Of a stretch of DNA of 64,000 nucleotides, positions 10,707 through 18,915 are shown piece by piece. The notes under the pieces were generated by a model. That model had not been told where the DNA came from. It saw only the letters and a program-made list of their open reading frames with translations, and searched no databases. Made by a program: the position numbers and the translations under genes. The DNA lies in the NCBI GenBank assembly GCA_003141245.1, contig PLLE01000043.1:36542-100541 (forward strand), in the 5' to 3' direction. The DNA comes from Chloroflexota bacterium (GTDB lineage: Bacteria > Chloroflexota > Limnocylindria > Limnocylindrales > CSP1-4). Numbering within the stretch: the stretch's first letter is position 1; the number at the start of each line of letters is the position of its first letter.

Positions 10707-11102
10707 CTAACGGGCCGGCAGGACGACCGGCGCGCGCAACTGAGTCAGGCCGTCGGCAATCGCCTGCCTGCGGATGGCGGATTGACGACCGACTCGGTCG
10801 ATGTCGGAGAGGATCTGCTGCCGCTGGTTCTGAAGCTGGATGTACTCGTCATTGAGCTGAGCCATGTCATAGCCGCTGGCCGAGATCCGAACCGTCTGGA
10901 CCAGCGAGAAGAAGCTCAGCAGGAATGCCACCACGATCGCGCCAATGATCATTCCGACCGCGCGCGGACGCCGGTTCGCGCGCATGGCGACGCGAGACCG
11001 GCGGCGCGGAAGCGCCGGCGCCTGGGGGCGGAGGAGGGGGGCCTCCAGGCGCCGGCGAGGAAGGAACGTGGAGCGCGGCCGAGCGCCCTCGTAGACGGCC
11101 AT
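10707..11102 (-). CDS. ftsL: FtsL-like cell division protein
   Basis: Basic N-tail, single TM, coiled coil; position between rsmH and ftsI. Confidence 0.7.
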   Translation of the reverse strand: MAVYEGARPRSTFLPRRRLEAPLLRPQAPALPRRRSRVAMRANRRPRAVGMIIGAIVVAFLLSFFSLVQTVRISASGYDMAQLNDEYIQLQNQRQQILSDIDRVGRQSAIRRQAIADGLTQLRAPVVLPAR

Positions 11103-11183
11103 CTAGTCGATTCCTCGATCGGGGTTCAAGCGCTGCCGGTGGCCATAGCTGCGGCGAAGGCTGGCCTGGTGACTCCTGGTCAT
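11103..11183 (-). CDS. Putative 26-aa basic micro-protein (MTRSHQASLRRSYGHRQRLNPDRGID)
   Basis: Strong SD (GGGGAGGTG) upstream of ATG 11183; TAG stop abuts the ftsL ATG; fills the rsmH-ftsL gap. Below the ORF-track length cutoff. Confidence 0.5.
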   Translation of the reverse strand: MTRSHQASLRRSYGHRQRLNPDRGID

Positions 11184-11208
11184 CGGTTTCCACCTCCCCG
11201 GTCGGCGG

Positions 11209-12228
11209 TCATGCGGCCACTCGCTCCGCGCCCCGTAGTCGCGCACTTCGGGAACGCGGATTGGACTGGATCTCGGCCTCGCTCGGCGTGCGCGACTTGC
11301 CGAGCGATCGAAGACGCGGTAGTCGACCGCAGACGCAGACAGGGACCTCGGGCGGGCAGACGCAGCCCCGCTGCTCGGTCGCGATGAAGCGCTTGACGAT
11401 GCGGTCCTCCAGGGAGTGGTAGCTCAGGACCACGAGGCGGCCGCCAGGGCGAAGCAACACGAGCGACGCGGCAAGTCCGGCCTCGAGGGCGCCAAGTTCG
11501 TCGTTTACGGCGATCCGGAGGGCCTGGAAGACGCGCGTGGCGGGATGGATCCGTCGGGCCCGCGGCGCCGGGACGGATCGCACCACGAGCGCGGCGAGCT
11601 GCTCGGCCGTCTCAATCGGCGTGGCGCGGCGCGTCTCCACGATCGCCCGCGAGATGCGCCCGGCGAAGGGCTCTTCTCCGTAGCGGCGGAAGAGCGCGGT
11701 CAGTTCGGCGGCGGCCATGGTTGCGAGCAGGTCCGCGGCCGGGCGGCCGCGGCCGGTGTCGAAGCGCATGTCGAGACGCCCACCGGCGCGGAACCCGAAG
11801 CCTCGCTCCACGTCGCCGAGTTGGTAGCTGGACAGCCCGAGGTCCATGAACAGCCCGTCGACCGCCCCGAACCCGGCTTTGGGCGCGACTCGCTCCAGCT
11901 CGTGGAAGTTGGTCTGGCGCAGCACCGCCCGATCGCCGAAACGGGCCAGGCGGCGGCGCCCCCTGGCGATGGCCGCCCCGTCAGCGTCGAGTCCGAGGAG
12001 GCGGCCATCAGGGGCGCACGCCTCCAGGATCCGCTCGGCATGGCCGGCTCCACCGAGGGTGGCGTCGATCTGGAGGCTGTCAGGATGCGGTGCGAGTGTC
12101 TCCAAGACCTCGTCGGCCATCACCGGCAGGTGCCCTACCTCCCGTTCGGCGCCCCCCTCGGGAGAGCCGTCGACGGACTCGCCGTCACGGGCCGACCCGA
12201 GCGGATCCCGGAAGTTCATCTCGTTCAC
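11209..12228 (-). CDS. rsmH: 16S rRNA m4C1402 methyltransferase
   Basis: HLPVM, DATLGGAGHA, DLGLSSYQL, FQALRIAVNDEL, YHSLEDRIVK, NPRSRSARLR. Confidence 0.96.
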   Translation of the reverse strand: MNEMNFRDPLGSARDGESVDGSPEGGAEREVGHLPVMADEVLETLAPHPDSLQIDATLGGAGHAERILEACAPDGRLLGLDADGAAIARGRRRLARFGDRAVLRQTNFHELERVAPKAGFGAVDGLFMDLGLSSYQLGDVERGFGFRAGGRLDMRFDTGRGRPAADLLATMAAAELTALFRRYGEEPFAGRISRAIVETRRATPIETAEQLAALVVRSVPAPRARRIHPATRVFQALRIAVNDELGALEAGLAASLVLLRPGGRLVVLSYHSLEDRIVKRFIATEQRGCVCPPEVPVCVCGRLPRLRSLGKSRTPSEAEIQSNPRSRSARLRGAERVAA

Positions 12229-12657
12229 CTAGATGCCGAGCCCGGTCAGATGGGAAGCGAGCGCATCGGCGGAATTGACCGCCTGCTGCGACTTCTCCCA
12301 TCGACCCGGTTCCCAGATTTCGACGTGATCCCGCGATCCCACCACGACGGCGTCCGATCCAACCCCGGACCAGTCGCGGATGGCCGCGGGCAGCAGGATC
12401 CGACCCTGCTGGTCGCTCTCGACCTCGAAAGCGCCCGAGAAGAGGAAGCGCGAGAAGGCTCTTGCCCTCTCGTCCGAGAGAGGCAGCTTCGCTACCTTCT
12501 CGGCGAGGTCCTCGAATGAGGCCCGCGGGAAGATGGCGGCGCAGCCGTCGACCCAGCGAGCCAGCACGGCGCCCTCGCCGAGAGGCGTACGGAACCGGAC
12601 CGGGATTGCAATCCGGCCCTTGGCGTCCACCGAGTGTCTGTATTCGCCGGTGAACAT
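12229..12657 (-). CDS. mraZ: dcw transcriptional repressor MraZ
   Basis: MFTGEYRHSVDAKGRIAIP, DQQGRILLP, HVEIW. Confidence 0.97.
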   Translation of the reverse strand: MFTGEYRHSVDAKGRIAIPVRFRTPLGEGAVLARWVDGCAAIFPRASFEDLAEKVAKLPLSDERARAFSRFLFSGAFEVESDQQGRILLPAAIRDWSGVGSDAVVVGSRDHVEIWEPGRWEKSQQAVNSADALASHLTGLGI

Positions 12658-12780
12658 CTATCCGTCGCCCAATCTCGCTCGTTCGCGGTTCGTCGCGTCC
12701 GCGTAGCTCGGCGGCGGTGGGTTTGGGCCCCAATCCGGGCTCGGTTCCCCACAAGGGAGGCTCGAGCTAGGGCTGGCCCA

Positions 12781-12814
12781 TCACTCTTACCCACGAACCA
12801 CCACAATTCGCCAC
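12781..12814 (-). promoter_or_regulatory. MraZ-binding (dcw) boxes
   Basis: Minus strand GTGG-N6-GTGG-N6-GTGG-N6-GTGA, with exact 10-bp phasing (+ strand 12781, 12791, 12801, 12811), just downstream of the promoter. Confidence 0.8.
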
Positions 12815-12822
12815 TGAAGCGG

Positions 12823-12850
12823 ATCATACACCCACTCCGCAACGCGTCAA
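12823..12850 (-). promoter_or_regulatory. Sigma70-type promoter of the dcw operon
   Basis: TTGACG-N16-TATGAT upstream of mraZ. Confidence 0.75.
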
Positions 12851-12976
12851 CGCTCGAACGACGCAGGGGCGAGGGCGACGGAGCCCGCAGCGCGCGACGA
12901 CGGCGCCGGTCTCGGCGCGCAACAATCCGGGCCGTCAGGCTACCCTGGCGGCGGCCGCGACAACCGGAGGAGAGCG

Positions 12977-13278
12977 ATGCGCATCCTGGCTATCGAGCGC
13001 CCGGTCGAGGGCGTGACCGACGACCGCTTCACGCCCGAGCTGCCGTCCGCCGAGGCTCGCCGGGCCTGGGAGCTGCATCAGGTCGGGTCGATTCGCGAGA
13101 TCTTCTTCCGGGCTGACGAACCGGCCGCGGTGCTGATGCTGGAGTGCGCCGACGCGGAGAGGCGCGCGGGATCCTGGCGACGCTGCCGCTCGCTGTGACA
13201 GGGCTGATCGACTTCGAGCTGATCCCGCTCCGGGCCTACCCTGGCTTCGCGCGCATCTTCGCTAGCGCGGAGTCGTGA
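12977..13278 (+). pseudogene. Frameshifted small protein resembling the muconolactone-isomerase-like family
   Basis: SD GGAGGAG plus ATG. The frame reads ...EARRAWELHQ..IREIFFRAD..AAVLMLECADAE, and the expected continuation EARGILATLPLAVTGLIDFELIPLRAYPGFARIF is in another frame from about 13158 to TGA 13278. One base appears to be missing. Confidence 0.65.
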
Positions 13279-13666
13279 CGCAGGGTCGAACCATCGTCTC
13301 GGGGCCCGGAATGTAGTTCGCCACCCACTCGGCGAGCTGGCAGGAGAGGCTCTCGGCCAAGTCGGGAGTGGCCCCGCCGCGCTCGAAGGACTGGCGGAAG
13401 CCGGCCATGATCTTGATCAGCTCGGCTCGAGCGGTGCCATTCCATTCCAACGCGGGACACCTGCCGCGCTGCGCGCAGTCCTCGTCCATGGAGAAGTGAC
13501 GAATGGAGTAGTCGCCGAATTCGCGCAGGACGCGCTCCACGACGGGACGCTCGCCACCGGCCTCAATGGCTGCGACCAGGGCGGCGGCGCGCTCCACGAG
13601 CGACCGATGCTGGGCATCGAGAAGCGGAGAGCCAGTCTCCATGCTTGGCTGCCAGGCGATGCCCAT
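13262..13666 (-). CDS. Hemerythrin-like protein with degenerate iron ligands
   Basis: W..SMETG..LLDAQH and HFSMDE hemerythrin signatures; later His ligands are replaced. Start placed at ATG 13666. Confidence 0.75.
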   Translation of the reverse strand: MGIAWQPSMETGSPLLDAQHRSLVERAAALVAAIEAGGERPVVERVLREFGDYSIRHFSMDEDCAQRGRCPALEWNGTARAELIKIMAGFRQSFERGGATPDLAESLSCQLAEWVANYIPGPETMVRPCVTTPR

Positions 13667-13880
13667 CGTCTCGCTCTCGTTCGATGCCCCGCCGGACAGG
13701 CCTGGGCTGTCGCTATGCCGTAGCCCGAAGGACCGGGGCGCCTGCATATGAGGCGGCACGGAGCCGCCTTACGGCCAGTGCCATAGGACCCGCGCTAGCG
13801 GGGCCGGGCCGTTCGCGAACGCCGACCGACGCCGACGGACGTCTGCGGCTTCGGGCCGCGGCGCGGACGTTCAGCGCCGG

Positions 13881-14951
13881 TCACTTCGTGGGCGGCGGGA
13901 TCTTCAGCTTGTCTCCGGTGCCGATCGTGCTCCCTTCGCCGAGCCAGGGATTCATCTGCCGAATCGTGGCGAGATCCACGCCGAAGAAGTTGGCGATCGC
14001 CAGGAGGACATCGCCCTTGCGGATGGTGTACACGTAGCAATCGGCCTGGCCCGCGCACGGCACGACGAGGTCCATCCGCGATTTCGTGGCGCCGGGCGGC
14101 CATGAGGAGGAGGCGGACGGAGTGGGCTCGGGCGTCGCGCCGGGTGTGGGCGAGGCGCTCGGACTGGCAGTTGGACTCTCGGACGGCGAGGCCGTTGGAG
14201 CCGGCGAAGCCGTTGGAGCCGGCGAAGCCGTTGGAGCCGGCGAAGCTGTCGGAGCGGAGCTCGGCGTCGCCATCGGCGTCGGGCTGGGAGTCGCCACCGC
14301 AACGCCGGAGGGAGTCGCCGTCGCAACGCCGGAGGGAGTCGCCGTCGGGCCGGCGCTGCCGGTGCCGGGCAGCCAGCCCGCCATCGCCGCCACCAACGCC
14401 AGGCCGGCCAGGGCGACGAGCGCGAGCCCGGCGAGGGTCAGCCGAGGCAGACCTGCCGCAGCCCGCACCTTGGCGGCGGCCGTGGCGGATTCCTCGGCCA
14501 GCAACGTGCCGCGCATGTATCGCGGACAGCTGACGTGGACGCGCTGCAGGCAGACCAGCTCCTGTTGCCTGAGCGATAGCGGCAATGGGTCGCCGTAGGC
14601 GGCGCAACGATGGGTTGGGACAGGTTCCCGGCCAGGGTCGAATAGCTTCCCATCGGGGCCAATACTGCGCAGGAACTTGCAACGCTCCGGGGCGTTGGCC
14701 AGCGGCACAGACTCCGAGCGGCTGCGGAATACGCCTGGCGTTTCGAACCCGCCGGGGGTAGTGCTACCCGTCTCGGCGCCGATCAACTCCGGACCGACGC
14801 CGCCCCTGGGCACCGCCATCTGCAGGGGGTCGCTGCCGCGGGCAGATGCCCTTCCGGCGGCTTGGGCGCGCCCGAGCGTGTTCCCCTCCTGATCGGGCGG
14901 AATGCGACCGTCCCGCCCGTAGCCGCCGTTGGACTCGCCGCGTCCGTCCAC
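13881..14951 (-). CDS. Membrane-anchored LysM protein with an N-terminal Cys/His-rich domain and a Pro/Thr/Ser linker
   Basis: C-terminal YTIRKGDVLLAIANFFGV...IRQMNP..IGTGDKLKIP (LysM); central TM; APTASP repeats. Confidence 0.85.
   Translation of the reverse strand: MDGRGESNGGYGRDGRIPPDQEGNTLGRAQAAGRASARGSDPLQMAVPRGGVGPELIGAETGSTTPGGFETPGVFRSRSESVPLANAPERCKFLRSIGPDGKLFDPGREPVPTHRCAAYGDPLPLSLRQQELVCLQRVHVSCPRYMRGTLLAEESATAAAKVRAAAGLPRLTLAGLALVALAGLALVAAMAGWLPGTGSAGPTATPSGVATATPSGVAVATPSPTPMATPSSAPTASPAPTASPAPTASPAPTASPSESPTASPSASPTPGATPEPTPSASSSWPPGATKSRMDLVVPCAGQADCYVYTIRKGDVLLAIANFFGVDLATIRQMNPWLGEGSTIGTGDKLKIPPPTK
14185..14255. repeat. 18-bp coding tandem repeat (about 4 copies) encoding APTASP
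   Basis: ggcgaagccgttggagcc units at 14185, 14203, 14221 and 14239. Confidence 0.85.
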
Positions 14952-15091
14952 GGATTCTCCTGACCATCGAAAATGACCCCGGCCACTCGGTCCGGACAGC
15001 CGCCGCCCGGCAGTCTAGTACCTTTCGACCCTTGCCGTGGCGGCTGCTTCGATGGTAGCCTCCCCGCCTTCGGAGGTCGCGAATCGCCGCC

Positions 15092-15334
15092 ATGGCTCTG
15101 CCACAGCGTATCATCGAGTTCGAACCGGTCGCGGGACCCCAACAGGAGCCCCGCATTCGCCGCTGCACTTTCCGACGGCTCAGTCGCATCGAGATCGCGA
15201 ACGAGTCTTCGTACGAGGTGAGTTGCCTGTACCCTGACCGCCGGCTGCCGCTCCCCCTTGGCGACTTGGAGTCGAGCACGGCTGTGTGCGCCGTCTGCGC
15301 CGCGGACCACATCTTCCGTCCGGACGAGGACTGA
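15092..15334 (+). CDS. Small Cys-rich hypothetical protein (80 aa)
   Basis: GGAGG upstream; TGgTAGCCT extended -10-like element near 15053-15061; four Cys plus His; divergent from the LysM gene. Confidence 0.7.
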   Translation: MALPQRIIEFEPVAGPQQEPRIRRCTFRRLSRIEIANESSYEVSCLYPDRRLPLPLGDLESSTAVCAVCAADHIFRPDED

Positions 15335-15396
15335 CGAAGCCCGTCGCCCGCTCGGTTTCCGGTTGCGACTCCCTGCGGTGGCTTCTCAGGTGTGGC

Positions 15397-15764
15397 GGCG
15401 AGCCGGCCTGTAAGCCGAGTTCTGTACCGCGACTCTCGTCGCGGCGACGATCATCCATCTCTGGCCGCCGGTCACCCGACGGCTCAAGCGGCCGACCCGA
15501 GGACTGGGCAGCGCGACCTCTTCCGTCCGAACGACCGGCTTCCCGAACGCTCGAACCGCGTCCTCCTATTTGGCCTTGCTCCGAGCAGAGTTTGCCGCGT
15601 TTCACCTACCGCTCTCGAGTTGCCCCGAGACCGGCTACGTCTCTGTGGCACTGGTCCTCGCCTCACGGCGGACGGGCATTACCCGCTACCCTGCGCTGAG
15701 GAGCTCGGACTTTCCTCGCATGCCGGCCGAAACCGAACACGCGCGACCGTCCGACCGGCTCGCC
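15397..15764 (-). ncRNA. rnpB: RNase P RNA
   Basis: Minus strand GAGGAAAGTCCGAGCTC, AGTGCCACAGA and 3' ACAGAACTCGGCTTAC conserved regions; P1 helix GGCGAGCCGG/CCGGCTCGCC. Confidence 0.96.
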
Positions 15765-15772
15765 GATGTCGG

Positions 15773-15801
15773 ATTCTAGTCCCGCGGCGAGGGCGGGCCA
15801 A
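15773..15801 (-). promoter_or_regulatory. rnpB promoter
   Basis: TTGGCC-N17-TAGAAT ending about 8 nt before the P1 helix. Confidence 0.65.
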
Positions 15802-15832
15802 CTCCGGACCGATTTCACGGCAGGAGGCGACG

Positions 15833-16399
15833 ATGGACCCTCAGGACGAGAGCCTGGCGGAGGGAGCCGCGTTCCGGATCCGACGCGCCGGAATCCCGGA
15901 CGCCCGTGCCATCGCCCAGATCGTCGTGGCCGGCTGGCAGGGCGCCTATCGTGGCCTGATGCCCGACGGATTCCTCGATTCGCTCTCGGTTGCGGGCCGC
16001 GAGACCGCCTGGCGAGAGATGCTGGCCCGCGACTCTGAGGGAGGCCTTCCTGCGTGGCTGGCACAGCGAGGGGGGCGGCCCGTCGGCTTCGTCAGCAGCG
16101 GCCGGCCACGGGACGACGACGTGCCACTCTCCACCGCCGAGGTCTACGCGATCTACGTCCTGCCGGAGACCTGGCGTGGCGGCGTCGGCCGGGCACTGTT
16201 GGGGACGGCCACGGGTCACTGGCGAGCGCGCGGATCCGGCACACTGGTCCTGTGGGTGCTCGAGGACAACGACCGGGCTTGCCGCTTCTACGAGGCGATG
16301 GGCTGGCAACCAGATGGGGGGCGCCAGGTGCTCGAGATCGCCGGTGCGAAGCTCTACGAGATCCGCTACCGACTCGGTCCGATCCATCCGGAGGGGTAG
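15833..16399 (+). CDS. GNAT family N-acetyltransferase
   Basis: SD AGGAGG; EVYAIYVLPETWRGGVGRALL, LWVLEDNDRACRFYEAMGW. Confidence 0.9.
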   Translation: MDPQDESLAEGAAFRIRRAGIPDARAIAQIVVAGWQGAYRGLMPDGFLDSLSVAGRETAWREMLARDSEGGLPAWLAQRGGRPVGFVSSGRPRDDDVPLSTAEVYAIYVLPETWRGGVGRALLGTATGHWRARGSGTLVLWVLEDNDRACRFYEAMGWQPDGGRQVLEIAGAKLYEIRYRLGPIHPEG

Positions 16400-16452
16400 C
16401 ATTGGGGTCCGCCGGCGCGCCGGGCGCGGGCAGACTGAGCCGGGAGCGGACG

Positions 16453-17280
16453 ATGGCTGCCAAGGGCAAGAGTGGTGAGTTCCGGGCGCTTCTCGGCCTG
16501 AAGCCGGGCGACAAGGTCGACCTCGCCAAGTACGACTGTGGCGCGACCTTCGGCCGCAAGAAGGACGAGGCCGAAACCGAGCTGGCCGCCAATCTGGCGC
16601 GCCTTACCGACCTGCAGGCCCGAATCTGGGCGGAGGCAAAGCACGCGGTCCTGATCGTGCTCCAGGGCATCGACGCCGCCGGCAAGGACGGTACGATCAA
16701 GGTCATCGCAGGGGCCTTCAATCCCCAGGGCACGCCGGTGACCTCCTTCAAGGAGCCCTCCTCCCTGGAGCTCGCCCACGATTTCCTGTGGCGAATCCAC
16801 GCCGCCGTCCCGGAAAAGGGCGATATCGGGGTCTTCAATCGCAGCCACTACGAGCAGGTCCTCATCGTGCGTGTCCACGGCCTGGAACCCGAGGCGCGCT
16901 GGCGGAACCACTACCGCCAGATCAATGACTGGGAGGGCATGCTCACCCAGGAGGGCGTGACGATCCTCAAGTTCTTCCTGGCCATCGACAAGGACGAGCA
17001 GCGAAAGCGATTCCAGGATCGAGTCGACGACCCGACGAAGCGCTGGAAGATCTCGCCGACCGACCTCCCCGAGCGCCAGCGCTGGGCCGACTACCAGATC
17101 GCCTTCGAAGACATGCTCTTTGAGACGAGCACCGATTGGGCGCGCTGGCACGTGATCCCGGCCAACCACAACTGGCTGCGCGATCTCGCCATCAGCGAGA
17201 TCGTGGCCGACGCCCTCGACGATTTGAACCCGCAATACCCCGAACCGGCCGCCGGCATCGAGGGCCTCAAGATCGTCTGA
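16453..17280 (+). CDS. ppk2: Polyphosphate kinase 2 family (polyP:nucleotide phosphotransferase)
   Basis: LQGIDAAGKDGTI, HDFLWR, FNRSHYE, KRWK. Confidence 0.92.
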   Translation: MAAKGKSGEFRALLGLKPGDKVDLAKYDCGATFGRKKDEAETELAANLARLTDLQARIWAEAKHAVLIVLQGIDAAGKDGTIKVIAGAFNPQGTPVTSFKEPSSLELAHDFLWRIHAAVPEKGDIGVFNRSHYEQVLIVRVHGLEPEARWRNHYRQINDWEGMLTQEGVTILKFFLAIDKDEQRKRFQDRVDDPTKRWKISPTDLPERQRWADYQIAFEDMLFETSTDWARWHVIPANHNWLRDLAISEIVADALDDLNPQYPEPAAGIEGLKIV

Positions 17281-17580
17281 CGGCAGGTTTGGCGGCGCGG
17301 TCCGGGACGAACTGGCCAAATGCTTACCCGGGTAGCCCGAGGCGCGATCCTCTCGTGACGGCGTGCCTCGCGAGGCTCTCAGGGCGATCTCGACCGCCGG
17401 ACCCGAGCGCAAATCCGGCGCCGGAGTCGCGATCGGCAGGCTGACCGCCGACCACCAGCGGGCAGGATCGAGCCACGCGCCACTCCCATTTGCGTCTGGC
17501 AGGAAGCGACCGGCAACCCTTTCTATCCAGCCGTGCGCCCGCCCCGCCCTGTGACCGAACCTCTCGCCCGACCCACTCCC

Positions 17581-18198
17581 CTACTTCGGCCGGACCGCCA
17601 CCGCCCAAGGGCCGCCGGCCTGGACCCGATCGATCGCCTCGTTGCACAACGCGTCGGCCTGCTTGTTCTGGGCCCGCGGAACGTGAGTGGCGCTCCAACG
17701 CGCGAACCGCCCCAGACGAGCCTTCGCCTCGGCGTGGAGCGGGATCAGCTTCGAGTTCTTGACCCGCCAGCGGCCATGGAGCTGCTCGACGATCAGCTTC
17801 GAGTCGAGCAGCATCTCGACCTCGCGCCCGCCCAGTTCCTCGGCCAGGGCCAGGGCTCGCAGCACGGCAGTGTACTCGGCCACGTTGTTCGTCTGGACGC
17901 CGAGGTACTCCGAGATCGAGGCGAGCGGAGCCGCATCGGGGCGTCGCGAGCCGGGGGCCGAGGCATCGATCAGGACCGCGCCCAACGAGGCCGGCCCAGG
18001 GTTGCCCCGCGCCGCGCCGTCGGTCCGGACGACGAAGGCGCGCAGATCGCTGCCGCCGGCCGCCGAGCCGGCCCGGGCAGCAGGCCCGGCTCCAGCGCTT
18101 CCATCCGCACGGGACTCCCCCAGCCCGGCGTCTCCGGCCGCGCGGTCGTCCGGCCTGGCGCCCACCGACCGCCACAGCGAGTCCCACTCCGGATCCAT
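17581..18198 (-). CDS. rnhA: Ribonuclease HI family protein with a low-complexity N-terminal extension
   Basis: TDGAARGNPGPA, TNNVAEY, LDSKLIVEQ, VPRAQNKQADALCN. ATG 18198 follows sdhB. Confidence 0.88.
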   Translation of the reverse strand: MDPEWDSLWRSVGARPDDRAAGDAGLGESRADGSAGAGPAARAGSAAGGSDLRAFVVRTDGAARGNPGPASLGAVLIDASAPGSRRPDAAPLASISEYLGVQTNNVAEYTAVLRALALAEELGGREVEMLLDSKLIVEQLHGRWRVKNSKLIPLHAEAKARLGRFARWSATHVPRAQNKQADALCNEAIDRVQAGGPWAVAVRPK

Positions 18199-18206
18199 TC
18201 TCCCGC

Positions 18207-18905
18207 TCAGCCTCGTCGTCCCACTATCGCCGAAGAGACTTCCAGGATGGCGCGCGTGATGTTGATCCCGCGCGGACAGGCATCGACGCAGTTGAAGATC
18301 GTCCGGCAGCGCCAGACGCCGTCCTCGTCGGACAGGATCTCCAGCCGTTCGGCCGCGCCTTCGTCTCGCGAGTCGAAGATGAAGCGATGGGCCTGGACGA
18401 TCGCCGCCGGTCCGACATAGTCGGACCGGGCCCAGAAAGACGGGCAGGAGGTTGTGCAGGCGGCGCACAGGATGCACTTGGTCGTGTCGTCGTAGCGGGC
18501 CCGATCGGCTGCGCTCTGGAGCCGCTCGCGCTCGGGCTCGGGCTGGTCGTTGATGAGATACGGCTTGACCGAGCGGTACTTGCCGAAGAACCCGCTCATC
18601 TCCACGACCAGGTCCTTCACCACCGGCAGGCCCGGCAGCGGCGCGACCGAGATCTTCTTGCCGAGCTGGTCGACCCGAATGCGGCAGGCCAGCCGGTTGC
18701 GGCTGTTGATGAGCATCGCGTCGGAGCCGCAAATGCCGTGGCCGCAGGAGCGACGGAAGCTGAGCGACCCGTCCCGTTCCGCCTTCACTTTGATCAGCAG
18801 ATCGAGGACGCGGTCCATCGGATCGACGGCGACCTGGTAGCTCTCCCAGTGGGGAGCCGGGTCGCACTCGGGGTTGTAGCGAAGGATGCGCAGATCGACG
18901 TTCAT
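18207..18905 (-). CDS. sdhB: Succinate dehydrogenase Fe-S subunit
   Basis: SCGHGICGSD, CILCAACTTSCP, CRTIFNCVDACP. Confidence 0.96.
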   Translation of the reverse strand: MNVDLRILRYNPECDPAPHWESYQVAVDPMDRVLDLLIKVKAERDGSLSFRRSCGHGICGSDAMLINSRNRLACRIRVDQLGKKISVAPLPGLPVVKDLVVEMSGFFGKYRSVKPYLINDQPEPERERLQSAADRARYDDTTKCILCAACTTSCPSFWARSDYVGPAAIVQAHRFIFDSRDEGAAERLEILSDEDGVWRCRTIFNCVDACPRGINITRAILEVSSAIVGRRG

Positions 18906-18915
18906 TCGGTCGGCC

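Noticed and set aside
15392-15832. N-terminal extension of the GNAT ORF and other ORFs across 15286-15779
   Set aside because: They overlap rnpB; the GNAT has a good SD and ATG at 15833.
17281-17580. 300-bp gap between convergent ppk2 and RNase HI as an ncRNA or gene remnant
   Set aside because: No recognisable RNA motif, repeat or coding signal.
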